From: Candidatus Cloacimonadales bacterium
Lineage (GTDB): Bacteria; Cloacimonadota; Cloacimonadia; Cloacimonadales; JAIOQZ01
Direction of reading: 5' to 3'
Assembly: GCA_963665815.1 (NCBI GenBank)
Contig: OY762463.1
Coordinates: 3,040,001 to 3,104,000 of the forward strand
DNA: 64,000 nucleotides
Part shown: positions 10,181 to 21,016 of the stretch, piece by piece
Numbering within the stretch: the first letter of the stretch is position 1
Layout: every line of letters begins with the position of its first letter
Translations under genes and position numbers: made by a program
The notes under the pieces: model-generated
Told to the model about the DNA's origin: nothing
The model's input: only the letters and a program-made list of their open reading frames with translations
The model's database searches: none

Positions 10181-10945
10181 CTAATATTTAATGTTGTATG
10201 TTACAAAAACAGCTCTGTCAAAGCCCATTGTGCTGCTGTGATTTTCCAGAATATCATACGCCTGAAGTTTAAGTTGGATTTCATCTGTGAATTTTAACTC
10301 AGCAGAAATGTTAAGAAATCCTCTTCCTTCTCCAAAATATTCGAGATCATCTTTACCATTGATTCTTGAGTCATTGTCATTATTGGCAACATCATATTCA
10401 CCGCATACTGTAAGCATTGGACCTATGGTTTTTTCTATACCTACAAAAAAGTTCAGATCTTCATCACCATCATCTTTTTCAAGACTGTAATTCAGTCCTG
10501 CATGGAATCCCAGATTACCGAGAAATACATAGTTTTTACTGAATGTTCCAAAGAATCCTTTTGATTTGATGTCATACCTATTGGTCTCTTTTTTATAAGA
10601 ACCATGTCCCATGGAGTCAAATCCGATTACAAATGCGGGATACTTCGTGCTTTCATCCAGAATTCTCAATTTAGCTGAAAATTCTACACGTTCCTGCCAT
10701 TCGGGAGATTCGTTACCTACAACATTTTCTCCACCAAAGGCCACACCGAACATGAATCTTGGGAGCAGTCCTACATTGGCTCCAAGCATCAATCCATTAT
10801 TCCTGAAAATTTTAGCATAAACCTGAGCTTCCCCTTTCTGAAGCATTCCTGCTGTAGGAACATCAATCAGTTTAATGCTTTCGACTGCACTAAGAGTAAA
10901 TACAATACACATCAAAAAAATTACGATTGAAGATTTTTTAATCAT
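10181..10945 (-). CDS. Outer membrane protein, YjbH-like
   Basis: Signal peptide, LIDVPTAGML N-terminal motif, alternating beta-strands and C-terminal Tyr. Confidence 0.55.
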   Translation of the reverse strand: MIKKSSIVIFLMCIVFTLSAVESIKLIDVPTAGMLQKGEAQVYAKIFRNNGLMLGANVGLLPRFMFGVAFGGENVVGNESPEWQERVEFSAKLRILDESTKYPAFVIGFDSMGHGSYKKETNRYDIKSKGFFGTFSKNYVFLGNLGFHAGLNYSLEKDDGDEDLNFFVGIEKTIGPMLTVCGEYDVANNDNDSRINGKDDLEYFGEGRGFLNISAELKFTDEIQLKLQAYDILENHSSTMGFDRAVFVTYNIKY

Positions 10946-12021
10946 AATGTCTCCTGTTTTCTGAGACTGAAAGATTTTGTTATCTCTTCCAGTTCAATCA
11001 AAGCTGGTAGTTTTTTTCCTTGTGGGAAATAAACATAGTTATCTATCAGATAAGCTGTATCGGTTTGTCCATCATAAAATCCGTAAAACTGTACTGCTCC
11101 ACCTACAAGTATCTTATTATTTTCCCATCTTCCGTTGAGTTTCATCATATCAAGTCCGTTAGCACTGATTTTGTCGAGTTTAAGAGAACTGCCTATCAGA
11201 GAATCTCCTTCGTAGAAATTCATGCCGATTTTCTGCCTTGTTTTAAGCATCCATTCCTGCATATCCGGAACTTCATCCATTTTCTCGTAGTAAATACCGA
11301 TAACCTTGTCCGGTCTGTCTCTGAGTCTGGAAATATATGATTGAAAATTTTTTCCACCTCTGAAATACTTAAAGTTTCTCGGCAGCATTAACTCATAAGG
11401 AAGATCTTTATTACTTTTACGTTTTGTTGTGATAGGATCGGATTTATAACCATAGGCTTTCTGTCCGATTCTCTTGTGCAGAATCTCTTTAAACTGGCTG
11501 AAACACTTATTTAACAGCGGTGTGAGATTTTTGTCGATTGACGCATTTGAATCAGAAAGAATAAACGATATAAGCTGATCGTTTGCCCAGTAATTTTTCT
11601 TCACGAAAAGACCGATTTTTTTCTGAATAACTGATTTAACAAAATCACTGTTGAAGCTTTCGTTCAGGTATTTACTGACAGGATCCTGTGAAGTCAGCGG
11701 AGTAATGAATATAAGGTTTTTAAACTTATAAAACTGTTCAATCTTATTGATATCTGCTCTGAGCACTTCGTAGTATTCTTCTTCTTCAGTTGTAGTATAA
11801 GTTACACTGAGTGTTTTTATAATATCATCACCATGCCTGCTCCAGGTGATATCATCTGCGAAAACATAGAGTTTCTGCTGATGTCCCCAGGACAAGGGTT
11901 TATTATGATCAACATTAACTTTCTTTTTATCATAATAAGATTTATTATCTCTTGAGCAGGATACAATTGAGAACAGTAAAATCAAAGTCAGAATTATATA
12001 GCTTATTCTGCTATTTCCCAT
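10942..12021 (-). CDS. Lipoprotein, DUF4837-like
   Basis: Lipobox IVSC; NYWANDQ, GRWEN...GG and YVYFPQGKK motifs. Confidence 0.6.
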   Translation of the reverse strand: MGNSRISYIILTLILLFSIVSCSRDNKSYYDKKKVNVDHNKPLSWGHQQKLYVFADDITWSRHGDDIIKTLSVTYTTTEEEEYYEVLRADINKIEQFYKFKNLIFITPLTSQDPVSKYLNESFNSDFVKSVIQKKIGLFVKKNYWANDQLISFILSDSNASIDKNLTPLLNKCFSQFKEILHKRIGQKAYGYKSDPITTKRKSNKDLPYELMLPRNFKYFRGGKNFQSYISRLRDRPDKVIGIYYEKMDEVPDMQEWMLKTRQKIGMNFYEGDSLIGSSLKLDKISANGLDMMKLNGRWENNKILVGGAVQFYGFYDGQTDTAYLIDNYVYFPQGKKLPALIELEEITKSFSLRKQETL

Positions 12022-12586
12022 TCTTAGCTCCGGTAAAGTAATTTAATCCAGAAAGGAATGTTACTAAAGCAACAAACCAGAAATAATAACGCAGAATTGA
12101 CTGAATTATTGCACTATATTGGTGAATTTGCTCAAAGTTATGAACAAGAGAAGCAAGAAATAGTGCTGTTATTATTCCTATCATCTGGAAAACAGTCTTT
12201 AATTTTCCCCAGATATTGGCAGGAATATATATCTTTTTCCCTGCATAATAATTCCTGAGGATTGTTACTGCTACTTCTCGCAGGAGTACAACAGCAAATA
12301 CCCAGATATCAATGCACTTGAAAAAGAAGAATGTCAGGATTGCCATAGCTGAAAGTACTAAAAACTTATCGGCAAGTGGATCCATAATTTTCCCAAAATT
12401 CGAGATAACTTTATATTTCCTTGCCAGCAGACCGTCAAAATAATCAGAAATACTTGCAATAATGAACACTGCAAGTCCTATGATGACACCTGTACTGACA
12501 GGCTCAAACCCAATAAGCAGCCAAATGAATACTGGTACCAGAATCATTCTGAGAACCGTAAGAGAATTTGGTATAAATTTAATCAT
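12011..12586 (-). CDS. pgsA: CDP-diacylglycerol--glycerol-3-phosphate 3-phosphatidyltransferase
   Basis: PNSLTVLR, DYFDGLLARK...GKIMDPLADK and GKLKTVFQ motifs; likely start ATG 12586. Confidence 0.93.
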   Translation of the reverse strand: MIKFIPNSLTVLRMILVPVFIWLLIGFEPVSTGVIIGLAVFIIASISDYFDGLLARKYKVISNFGKIMDPLADKFLVLSAMAILTFFFFKCIDIWVFAVVLLREVAVTILRNYYAGKKIYIPANIWGKLKTVFQMIGIITALFLASLVHNFEQIHQYSAIIQSILRYYFWFVALVTFLSGLNYFTGAKNGK

Positions 12587-13367
12587 AAACTTTATCCTTA
12601 ATATACAATCCTGCTGAAAAATTTCCCAGTATCTGAACAGCAACGAATAATCCATATAATGGAACGTTTATCGATACCGATCTGTTCAGTAAAAGATAAT
12701 CATGCAGGATACAAAACATCAGATTAACTAATAAACTAAGGGCAACTACTGTCAAGGTATTCCGTGCAATCATGAAAATAAGCTTCGATTCTGACCCACC
12801 AGCCTCAATAAACACTTTCCAGTTGTGAGCCTGATGATTTTCCACGAGATACCTTAAAAAGAAGACCATAAAGATACTCAGAATCAGAAACACAAGAAAA
12901 TATAATGTTTTATTTCTGTTCAAATCGCGTACATCATTATATTTCTTGAGTAGATCAGCTTTATTATAATCAACAATCAGTTCTTTATTATAACTGTCTA
13001 TTTTGCTCATTACAGAGTTTATATCATTTTCTGAGAATGTTTCGAAGTTGGGATAAATCTCTGTAACATGGGGCAGATCAACAGATTTCAGTAGTCTTTT
13101 ACTGTTTGTCAGATCGTACTTTACCAGCAGAGAATCCTTAACCTGAGTCTCTGTGAAATTTACATATCTGTTTGCCAGCTTGAGAGAGTCTACCCATATT
13201 GTGAAGTCTTCGATGACTTGATCATTAAAGCTGAAGGCAATAACAGGAGTTTCTTCAAAAGCCTGAATAATCTGAAATTTTTTGAAATTCATATCCGAAT
13301 CAACGGAATACCAGACACTGAACCATATCGCCGATAATACAGCAATTACTATTAGTTCCTTTCTCAT
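12579..13367 (-). CDS. FtsX-like membrane protein (divergent)
   Basis: Topology of 1 TM, periplasmic domain, then 3 TMs; overlaps the end of an ABC ATPase gene. Confidence 0.5.
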   Translation of the reverse strand: MRKELIVIAVLSAIWFSVWYSVDSDMNFKKFQIIQAFEETPVIAFSFNDQVIEDFTIWVDSLKLANRYVNFTETQVKDSLLVKYDLTNSKRLLKSVDLPHVTEIYPNFETFSENDINSVMSKIDSYNKELIVDYNKADLLKKYNDVRDLNRNKTLYFLVFLILSIFMVFFLRYLVENHQAHNWKVFIEAGGSESKLIFMIARNTLTVVALSLLVNLMFCILHDYLLLNRSVSINVPLYGLFVAVQILGNFSAGLYIKDKVYD

Positions 13368-13999
13368 ACATATGCCTTCTGGTTTATAAGTTCCAGTTTC
13401 TTATTCTGGATTCTGTAGACATAGTCAAAATCCGGGATATTAAATTTACTTGTAGCAATAATTGATGTTCCGGCTTTAACTGCATAGTCCAGTACGCTGT
13501 TAATCTTAATCATCATAATCTCATCGAAGAAAATATCATGATCATCGAGGAGAATGAGATAAGGGCGTATGATAGCTGCTCTGATTATCTCTATGATTTT
13601 TCTCTCAGACTTTGAGAGATATTCCGTGTTAGTCTCGAGTTTGTGCTTTATTCCACATTGATCTGCAAAATCAAGCATTTTTTCTTCATCACGGTGTGAT
13701 ACTTTGTCAAATGGTAGGATCAGGTTGGACCAGGCATCTCTATCCGGAATAAGTCTGTCTCTTCCCGAAATAAGCAGAGTTTTCTTCTTTTTTCTGTATA
13801 GCAGATTCAGTTTACCCTTCAGGAGGACTTCGCCATCATATCCGGAATAATCACCGTTTATTGATTTCAGGAATAATGATTTACCGGATCTGTTTCTTCC
13901 GATAACAACAATTTTTTTCCCGGATACTATTCGCATTTGCGGTATTTCTAATATTTTATGTTCAGCATCAAAAAGTGCATAATTAACTATTTCCAGCAT
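13364..13999 (-). CDS. ABC ATPase-like protein (FtsE-like, degenerate motifs)
   Basis: Walker A GRNRSGKS; signature LSKSE; Walker B LILLDD; no H-loop His (IATS). Confidence 0.7.
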   Translation of the reverse strand: MLEIVNYALFDAEHKILEIPQMRIVSGKKIVVIGRNRSGKSLFLKSINGDYSGYDGEVLLKGKLNLLYRKKKKTLLISGRDRLIPDRDAWSNLILPFDKVSHRDEEKMLDFADQCGIKHKLETNTEYLSKSERKIIEIIRAAIIRPYLILLDDHDIFFDEIMMIKINSVLDYAVKAGTSIIATSKFNIPDFDYVYRIQNKKLELINQKAYV

Positions 14000-14006
14000 A
14001 ATACCT

Positions 14007-14624
14007 TCATGTTTTTTTTATTTTATAAATAATCTGTCTTCTATTATTAGTCATTACAAATTCGAATTCAGATATTATTTTCATATTGTTTTTACGGCAA
14101 GAACTTTTAAAATCAATATCCCGTATTCCAGGATACATGACATATGCTTTGCCTTCTGGTTTCAGGTTTCTATCGATACAGACAATCACATCATCCATTT
14201 TGCAGGCAATCTCAAATCGGCTGATGTTCCTGCTTTCAGACGGACTCAATCTGCCTGTTCCTTCTTTGTAAAAAGGAGGATTAGAGACAATAAGATCAAA
14301 TTTATCATTTGCGGTAAACCTTCTCAGGTCGGTACAGGTGACATCAAATCTTTCATTCATCGATTCTGTATTGCTCAGACAAAGATCAGCAAGTTCTTCC
14401 TGAATTTCTACACATGTAAATCTCCAGTCCGGATTTGTTAATGCCAGCATAACACTTATAATGCCGTTGCCTGAACCGATATCCAGAACACTTTGGTTAT
14501 CTCGACTTTCCTTGTGATTTACTGTCTCAATAAAAAAAGCGGTATCAGATGATACCGGTTGCCCATTTTTCTCCTGCAGAATTTTGTAATTACCATAAGG
14601 TAACTCTACTACAGTCGTTTTCAT
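14007..14624 (-). CDS. SAM-dependent methyltransferase, tRNA1(Val) adenine-N6 (YfiC/TrmN6-like)
   Basis: VLDIGSGNG, VEIQ, DLIVSNPPFY and SRFE motifs. Confidence 0.8.
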   Translation of the reverse strand: MKTTVVELPYGNYKILQEKNGQPVSSDTAFFIETVNHKESRDNQSVLDIGSGNGIISVMLALTNPDWRFTCVEIQEELADLCLSNTESMNERFDVTCTDLRRFTANDKFDLIVSNPPFYKEGTGRLSPSESRNISRFEIACKMDDVIVCIDRNLKPEGKAYVMYPGIRDIDFKSSCRKNNMKIISEFEFVMTNNRRQIIYKIKKT

Positions 14625-14634
14625 GGACTTCTTT

Positions 14635-15555
14635 CTATTTACTTAATTCCAGCATCTTGCTAACACTTTTCAGTGCTCTCTCAGCGATGGCAGGTTCCAG
14701 TATTATTTCGTTTTTTTCTTCGGATAATGTGAGCAGAACTTCCCTGAGCGATGTCTTTTTCATGTTGATACAGGTTGCTTTTGCAGTTAAAGGTTTGATA
14801 TTCTTTTCAGGATATAAGTCCTTAAGCTGTTTTATCAATCCGATTTCCGTTCCGAATATAAGATTATCGTGGTCAACTGCATAATCAGCCATCTGTTTGG
14901 TTGATCCTACTCTGTCTGCTGCTTTGACAACACTTGGTGAGCACTCAGGGTGAACCATGATAGTATAATCGGGATAAGAGTGACGAACTCTTCTTACATC
15001 AGCCATGGTAATCATTCTGTCATGAACATTACAGCATCCCTGCCATAAAATCATTTCTCTGCCAAGCTGATCATTTATGTATGATCCCAGATTTCTGTCC
15101 GGAACAAAGATAATTGTTTCATCTTCAGGAATAGTACTGACTATCTTTACAGCATTGGAAGATGTTACGCAAACATCGCATTCTGCTTTTACATCAATTG
15201 AACTGTTAACATAGCAGACAACAACAGGATCCTGATACTTGCTTTTAAAGACGGCAAGGTCGCTTCCTGTAGCCATATCAGCCATTGGACATCCTGCTTC
15301 GGGATGAGAAAGAAGAACTTTTGTGTCCGGGTTAAGCAGTTTAGCTGTCTCTGCCATGAACTGAACTCCACAGAAAACAATTATGTCAGCTTCAACTTTT
15401 TTAGCTTCCTGAGCCAATTGAAGAGAATCACCAACAAAATCAGCAATTTTCTGTATATCAAGAGTTTGATAGTTATGGGCAAGAACAACAGCGTTTTTAT
15501 CTTTTTTAAGTTTATTTATTGTGTCTATAGTTACTTGTTTTGTAACACTATTCAT
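14635..15555 (-). CDS. nadA: Quinolinate synthase A
   Basis: [36 protein letters not shown] and C..MKK motifs; likely start ATG 15555. Confidence 0.95.
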   Translation of the reverse strand: MNSVTKQVTIDTINKLKKDKNAVVLAHNYQTLDIQKIADFVGDSLQLAQEAKKVEADIIVFCGVQFMAETAKLLNPDTKVLLSHPEAGCPMADMATGSDLAVFKSKYQDPVVVCYVNSSIDVKAECDVCVTSSNAVKIVSTIPEDETIIFVPDRNLGSYINDQLGREMILWQGCCNVHDRMITMADVRRVRHSYPDYTIMVHPECSPSVVKAADRVGSTKQMADYAVDHDNLIFGTEIGLIKQLKDLYPEKNIKPLTAKATCINMKKTSLREVLLTLSEEKNEIILEPAIAERALKSVSKMLELSK

Positions 15556-16006
15556 TATCAGCTCCTTTACTTGTGTGTCCAAAACCGCCTGCTCCGCGTT
15601 CTGTTCCTGTTAATTCTTCCACTACTTTAAAATCAGCGGTTTCATGTCTGCAAAGAATCATCTGAGCAATTCTTTCACCTTTGTTCACCGTAAAATCTTT
15701 ATCTCCGAAATTAAACAGAATAACTTGTACGTGTCCTCGATAATCAGCATCGATTGTACCCGGAGAGTTTAGCACACCAACTCTGCTTTTTAAAGCAAGT
15801 CCGGAACGTGGTCTGATCTGTGCTTCGTATCCAACAGGCAGCTCAATTGATAAACCCGTTGGAACAAGTGTAACTTTTCCCGGATTGATAACAATCGGTT
15901 TGTCGTTGGCAGCATACAAGTCATAACCTGCGGCATGCTCTGTCATTCTCTGTGGTAAAACTGCATCAGAAGAAAGACGTTTAACTTTTACATCTATTGT
16001 GTTCAT
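15548..16006 (-). CDS. dut: dUTP diphosphatase
   Basis: [23 protein letters not shown] and RGAGGFGHT motifs. Confidence 0.97.
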   Translation of the reverse strand: MNTIDVKVKRLSSDAVLPQRMTEHAAGYDLYAANDKPIVINPGKVTLVPTGLSIELPVGYEAQIRPRSGLALKSRVGVLNSPGTIDADYRGHVQVILFNFGDKDFTVNKGERIAQMILCRHETADFKVVEELTGTERGAGGFGHTSKGADNE

Positions 16007-16025
16007 TAATATCTCAATTTTCCTG

Positions 16026-16916
16026 TTAAAAATCTCTGGTCAAAATGAAATCTGCAAGCAGTTTCAGCATATCGGCTTTTTCTCCGTAGTGTGAAAGAAG
16101 TTCTTTGGCTTCTTCAATAAGCTTAGTTGCCATTTCTCTTGATTCTTCCATACCATATAATGACGGATAAGTAGCTTTCTGTACTTTTGAATCTTTACCA
16201 ATCGATTTTCCCAGCTTCTTTTGATCGCCTTCAATATCCAGGATATCGTCAGTAATCTGGAACGCCAGTCCGAGTTTTTCTCCGACTTTTTCCAGCCGTT
16301 TAACATGCTCATCTTCTACTTCTGCTGCATAGCATCCGAAACGCATTGCAAGTTTGAGAAGTTTACCGGTTTTATTATCATGTATAAACTGAAGTTCTTC
16401 CTTAGTAATTTTTTTGCCTTCGGATACGATGTCCATCATTTGACCAATAATAAGTCCCCTGCTGCCTGTTTCTCTGGCAAGTTCACTTATCAGGTTCAGT
16501 TTTACCTCATCAGAAAGAGGTACATGTGTCAACAATTCAAAAGCTGCTGTCAGCAGAGCATCTCCGGCAAGCAAAGCCATATCGTCACCATAAATAACAT
16601 GGCAGGCTTTTTTTCCTCTTCTGTAATCATCATCGTCAATATCCGGAAGATCATCATGTATGAGAGTATATGTATGAAGAAGTTCTATAGCAGCAGCTAC
16701 AGGCTGAACAACAGGAACTTCGTCGGAAAACAGCAGAAATGTGCTGATTGTGAGATAGGGTCTCAATCTTTTTCCACCGGCAAACAATGTATGTCTGACA
16801 GCTTTATGAATCTCTTTAGGGTACTCGTCTTTCCTTGGCAGGAAACGGTCTAAAGTTATGTTAATTAATTCTCGTTTCTCTTTAAGATCCTTTTTAAGAT
16901 TCAGCTTCTTCACCAT
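16026..16916 (-). CDS. ispA: Farnesyl/geranylgeranyl diphosphate synthase
   Basis: [22 protein letters not shown] and FQITDDILD motifs; follows xseB. Confidence 0.92.
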   Translation of the reverse strand: MVKKLNLKKDLKEKRELINITLDRFLPRKDEYPKEIHKAVRHTLFAGGKRLRPYLTISTFLLFSDEVPVVQPVAAAIELLHTYTLIHDDLPDIDDDDYRRGKKACHVIYGDDMALLAGDALLTAAFELLTHVPLSDEVKLNLISELARETGSRGLIIGQMMDIVSEGKKITKEELQFIHDNKTGKLLKLAMRFGCYAAEVEDEHVKRLEKVGEKLGLAFQITDDILDIEGDQKKLGKSIGKDSKVQKATYPSLYGMEESREMATKLIEEAKELLSHYGEKADMLKLLADFILTRDF

Positions 16917-17136
16917 TTTCTCCTTTCATTTTATTTTCAATAATGGTTTGTGATAAAACTTCTATTTTCTGTTCTGCTTTGTTCAGCTTGTCCTGACATA
17001 CCTGTACAAGTTTTGTTCCTTCTTCGAACAGGTTAACCAGAGTATCAAGGTCATTAACTCCGTTTTCCAGATCATCAACGATATTTTCAAGCTTTTCAAA
17101 AGCATCTTCAAATTTTATTTTTTTTGTCATAATCAT
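16894..17136 (-). CDS. xseB: Exodeoxyribonuclease VII small subunit
   Basis: FEDAFEKLENIVDDLE...LFEEG...C...L.KAEQKI pattern; conserved xseB-ispA order. Confidence 0.93.
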   Translation of the reverse strand: MIMTKKIKFEDAFEKLENIVDDLENGVNDLDTLVNLFEEGTKLVQVCQDKLNKAEQKIEVLSQTIIENKMKGENGEEAES

Positions 17137-17151
17137 TCCTGTAGATAAGGT

Positions 17152-17790
17152 TCAGCATTCTTCATACACTGCGAGAAGTTTACCTTTTTCGATTTCAACA
17201 GTAAAACTATTTTCTTCGCAGATGTTACTTATTCCTCTGGTTCTGTATCTATAAAGTGACTCATTTGTCAATGTGTATTTTAGTCCGGATACTTTTTTTA
17301 TTTTAACTTCTTCATCTAAAGGTATTAAAGATACTGTAGAATTGACAGGAACAGCTATTTCTATACCACTATTTACAATCATAAGCCATTCGGTTCCGGT
17401 AAATATTCTGGTGGGAAGATTCAAAGATTCTGCATACTGAAGGTTTGATATAAGCCCGATAATCTGATCGAACCTGCCGGAAACATGAGTAACAATAACA
17501 CACTCTGTAATTCCCAGTTTTTCCTTATTTCTGCTGATATAATCTAATGCCAGTTCTGTATCTGTTTCATCTTTATCAGATTGAAAAGTATATATTTTTG
17601 TTTTATCCTGATTAATTCTGGATTTATCAATTGAGTCGAAGTCGCCTATTGCAATTTCGGGATTTATTCCGGCTTTGAGTAGAAATCGTGTGCCGCCGTC
17701 GATACCGCAGAGAAAATCTCCATCATTAATGTGTTCAAATACTTCCGGGTTTACTTCAGGAGAGTTTGTGAACAGATAAGCTTTCTTCAT
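17152..17790 (-). CDS. thiN: Thiamine diphosphokinase
   Basis: IDGG, GDFDS, KDETDTELA, GRFDQ, GLKY and RGISN motifs. Confidence 0.9.
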   Translation of the reverse strand: MKKAYLFTNSPEVNPEVFEHINDGDFLCGIDGGTRFLLKAGINPEIAIGDFDSIDKSRINQDKTKIYTFQSDKDETDTELALDYISRNKEKLGITECVIVTHVSGRFDQIIGLISNLQYAESLNLPTRIFTGTEWLMIVNSGIEIAVPVNSTVSLIPLDEEVKIKKVSGLKYTLTNESLYRYRTRGISNICEENSFTVEIEKGKLLAVYEEC

Positions 17791-17806
17791 GCAGCTGTTT
17801 CCGGAA

Positions 17807-18745
17807 CTATCTGCGAGTGAGTTTTATATCTTTTTCCAGTTTGTTAAGATACCTGTAAGGATTTCTGGTTCTGTTATAGTAAGAAACTTCATAGTGTACA
17901 TGAGATCCTGTGGATCTTCCTGTACTTCCCATTAAGGCAATGATCTGTCCCTTTTTTACCTTATCGCCTTTCTTGACCAGGTATTTATGCAGGTGACCGT
18001 ATTTGGTCTTGTATCCATATTTGTGTTCAATGATAATCATACGACCTATGTTTCTGCCGTAAGAAGTCTTTGTGACAACTCCATCTGCTGTAGCGTAGAT
18101 AGGAGTTCCTTTTTTATTGGAAAAATCCAGTCCATGATGGAACGATCTTTTTCCTGTGATTGGGTGTCGTCTCCATCCGTAAGGATCAGAAATTCTACCG
18201 AAAGTAGGATAGATAGATGGAGTATAACGATAGATATCTTCTCTCAGCTCTACTTTCTTGAGAAGGTCTTCGTGTGTTGAATAAGCAAAATCAGTTCTCG
18301 CTGTGAGCAGACTGAGCTTCTTCAATACACTGTTATAGTTGTCACCAAGGTTTTTATCGTAAGAGTCAAACAGTGAATCTCGGTAGGTCATACCACCGGT
18401 ACCCATAGATCTGACTTCTTTATTGACTTTCTTGAAGTTTTCATCAGCACGAATACTGTCTTCCCATTTTTCCATAGTATGGATTTTCTCTATAAGGGAA
18501 TCGACATTCGAGTTGATAGCAGTGATTTTCTGCCTGAGAATTGCGTTTTCGGACTGGATTATCTTGAGCTGATCCAATTCTGATTTAAAGTTGCCTATAT
18601 ATATTAAAGACGCTACGATGCTTATCATGAAAAGCCCGAGAAGGGACATTACAATTATCGATGTTTTGCTTTTAAGTGAAAACTCCATTGTTTTCCCTGC
18701 TTCACCTGCCGGAATAACCAGTTTCCATTTTTTATCAAAATTCAT
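17807..18745 (-). CDS. M23 family metallopeptidase with N-terminal TM and coiled coil
   Basis: HHGLD and GRSTGSHVHYEV zinc motifs. Confidence 0.92.
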   Translation of the reverse strand: MNFDKKWKLVIPAGEAGKTMEFSLKSKTSIIVMSLLGLFMISIVASLIYIGNFKSELDQLKIIQSENAILRQKITAINSNVDSLIEKIHTMEKWEDSIRADENFKKVNKEVRSMGTGGMTYRDSLFDSYDKNLGDNYNSVLKKLSLLTARTDFAYSTHEDLLKKVELREDIYRYTPSIYPTFGRISDPYGWRRHPITGKRSFHHGLDFSNKKGTPIYATADGVVTKTSYGRNIGRMIIIEHKYGYKTKYGHLHKYLVKKGDKVKKGQIIALMGSTGRSTGSHVHYEVSYYNRTRNPYRYLNKLEKDIKLTRR

Positions 18746-19023
18746 ATATTTCCTCTATTTTAACTATCATATCAATGAATTTCAAGCGTCAACAAGTGTC
18801 AAGTAATTTCTGTGCAGGGGGTTAAGGGAATGGAATTATTTTCGACTGCTGGACGTACAGTTAATGCATTGTTTGTAATCAAATATGAATGTATTGAAAA
18901 TGTATTAAAGAACATGTTTTGAACCGATTCAATAATAATTATTGACAGAATCCGGCTTAATTTACTTATCCTGATTATTGGTATTTTTTGCAATATTGGA
19001 AAGAATATAAAAATGGAGTTCAA

Positions 19024-20124
19024 ATGATAAAAAGCACACTTAAATTTATTTTGTTGATGTCTTGTCTTCAAATACTTACAGGCTGCATGTTTGCAGGTCC
19101 TAAAAATCTCGAAGTTTTTTTCGGAAAAGCTCAAATGTATGGCTTTGAGCATGAAGACGAAGTCATTGCTCCCAAAAAGAATGTTGGTGTTTATGTTAAT
19201 GTAACAGGGCTCAATGATGCTTTATTATGGAACTCTACACCTTCCGACTCAGTACTCATGAAGATGAGAGAAAACAGCAGGGTGAGAATACGTTTTGGTA
19301 AGGATGTTCTTAAGCATGATATTATATCTTTTGTCCGATCTTCTATCCATAACGAGGCTCTCTATACCGGAGAATTTATTGTTGATCCCGACAGTTTGGA
19401 TGTTAAAAATCTGGTTGAAACTATTAACCTGAATGTAGTTGTAAATAAGCTTACTTGTAGTGCTGTAGTTAGTCATGGCAGAAAGGATGTTTGGATTAAT
19501 GAAAATACGTATATTACGGTTGATACATATAGACTATTCGATAACCTCATTGATATAGACTTAAACTTTGAGCTGATTCATAATGAAAAAGTTATTTTTG
19601 AGCAGCATATTCAGCAGAACTTTAAGAAAGAAAAACTGCGTTCTGTTCGCAGAAACCGAATTGCCGCCATGAGAGAATTATCTAAAGCACTATCTTCAAG
19701 AATAAACTTCATTTCCAATGACATTGTTTTCAAGACCAATCTGCAAATTAGTAAATTATCAAATCTTAAAGAATATAAGTATTATGCTCATGATGATATT
19801 CATGCTGAATTAATTCAACCGGAAATTGTGCATGGATTGCCGGCAAACTTTTATAAACCCGGATATTTACAGTTTCATATAGATGGAGAAAGCTTACTGT
19901 GGGGAGAACTTATAGGCCGTGATGAAACGAAATATTATATTGAGGATGAAGAATTTCTGATTACTGTTGTAAAAGATAAGCTTCTATCCATAAAAGATAA
20001 ATCGGGAAAAGATGTTACAAAAGAAACTCTGGCTGAATCAGTGATAATTCCAACAAATATGCTGAGAGAAAATGGAAGTACTTATTTAAGAACTCCCATT
20101 AAGAGAAGATTTGATGTTAAATAA
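19024..20124 (+). CDS. Hypothetical lipoprotein (paralog 1 of 3)
   Basis: Lipobox LTGC, ATG 19024 after GGAG; shares the HNEAL motif and C-terminal domain with the 24518 and 25754 ORFs. Confidence 0.75.
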   Translation: MIKSTLKFILLMSCLQILTGCMFAGPKNLEVFFGKAQMYGFEHEDEVIAPKKNVGVYVNVTGLNDALLWNSTPSDSVLMKMRENSRVRIRFGKDVLKHDIISFVRSSIHNEALYTGEFIVDPDSLDVKNLVETINLNVVVNKLTCSAVVSHGRKDVWINENTYITVDTYRLFDNLIDIDLNFELIHNEKVIFEQHIQQNFKKEKLRSVRRNRIAAMRELSKALSSRINFISNDIVFKTNLQISKLSNLKEYKYYAHDDIHAELIQPEIVHGLPANFYKPGYLQFHIDGESLLWGELIGRDETKYYIEDEEFLITVVKDKLLSIKDKSGKDVTKETLAESVIIPTNMLRENGSTYLRTPIKRRFDVK

Positions 20125-20176
20125 AATCTATGAGATTCCTTTGTACATCATATGTTTATAGTAAATCTTTAAAAAC

Positions 20177-21016
20177 TCAAAACTTATAACTCACACCGAA
20201 ATAATTCGGCATAACAGACAAAGACACATTATTGTACTTCTTCTTGTGGAGTTCCGGGACAATGTACCCAATAGCACCACCAACTACTGCTCCAACTATT
20301 ACATCTGAAGTGAAGTGTTCACCTGCCTCAACACGACAGTAACCTGTAAATGCTGCAGCACTCAAAGAAGTCGTCCATATTACTTTGCTCCAGGTATTAT
20401 TGCCATAAATATCGGTATACGTTTTTGAGAAAAAAACAGCAGCGGCAAAGGCACCGGAAGTGTGCCCCGAGAAGAATGACGACTTAGCTTCAGGGGCTTC
20501 ATCTCCCTGGAAATTGAATCTCTCTTCAGGCGAGAAGGAGTTATTGTATAAGTATGGTCTGGTTCTTTGAGTCATTGCCTTGGTTAATACCGTAATCCCT
20601 TTTGTCAGATAATATGTTTCAAGATACATGGAAGCATATACGGCAGTATTTCGCCACTGTTTTTTATAGATTTGGGGAATTATAATCGCTGCCGGCAGGA
20701 TAGGAAAAGTGCTTGAGAAGAAATCACTGGCATCGTCAAGATTTCTGTCCCAGTTTCGTGTCGCAGGTCTGTCGAAAGGGTTTACATCACTTCGATCAAG
20801 TTTTTCAATTTCAGAAACTGTCAGATCGAAATCTGTTTCATTCATAACAATATCTCCACTAAAACTTAAAGCTGTTGCAAGTGGAAAGATATAATAATCT
20901 TTCTTGTTAAACTCATATGGGAAATCTTTTTTTTCTGCATTTAGCAATACTTGAGTCCCCAGAATAATCATTACCAACATTATAATTTTTCTATGCATTT
21001 TTTTATGCTCCTGCAT
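20177..21016 (-). CDS. PAP2 family phosphatase
   Basis: K...RTRP, SFFSGH and RVEAGEHFTSDV motifs. Confidence 0.88.
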   Translation of the reverse strand: MQEHKKMHRKIIMLVMIILGTQVLLNAEKKDFPYEFNKKDYYIFPLATALSFSGDIVMNETDFDLTVSEIEKLDRSDVNPFDRPATRNWDRNLDDASDFFSSTFPILPAAIIIPQIYKKQWRNTAVYASMYLETYYLTKGITVLTKAMTQRTRPYLYNNSFSPEERFNFQGDEAPEAKSSFFSGHTSGAFAAAVFFSKTYTDIYGNNTWSKVIWTTSLSAAAFTGYCRVEAGEHFTSDVIVGAVVGGAIGYIVPELHKKKYNNVSLSVMPNYFGVSYKF

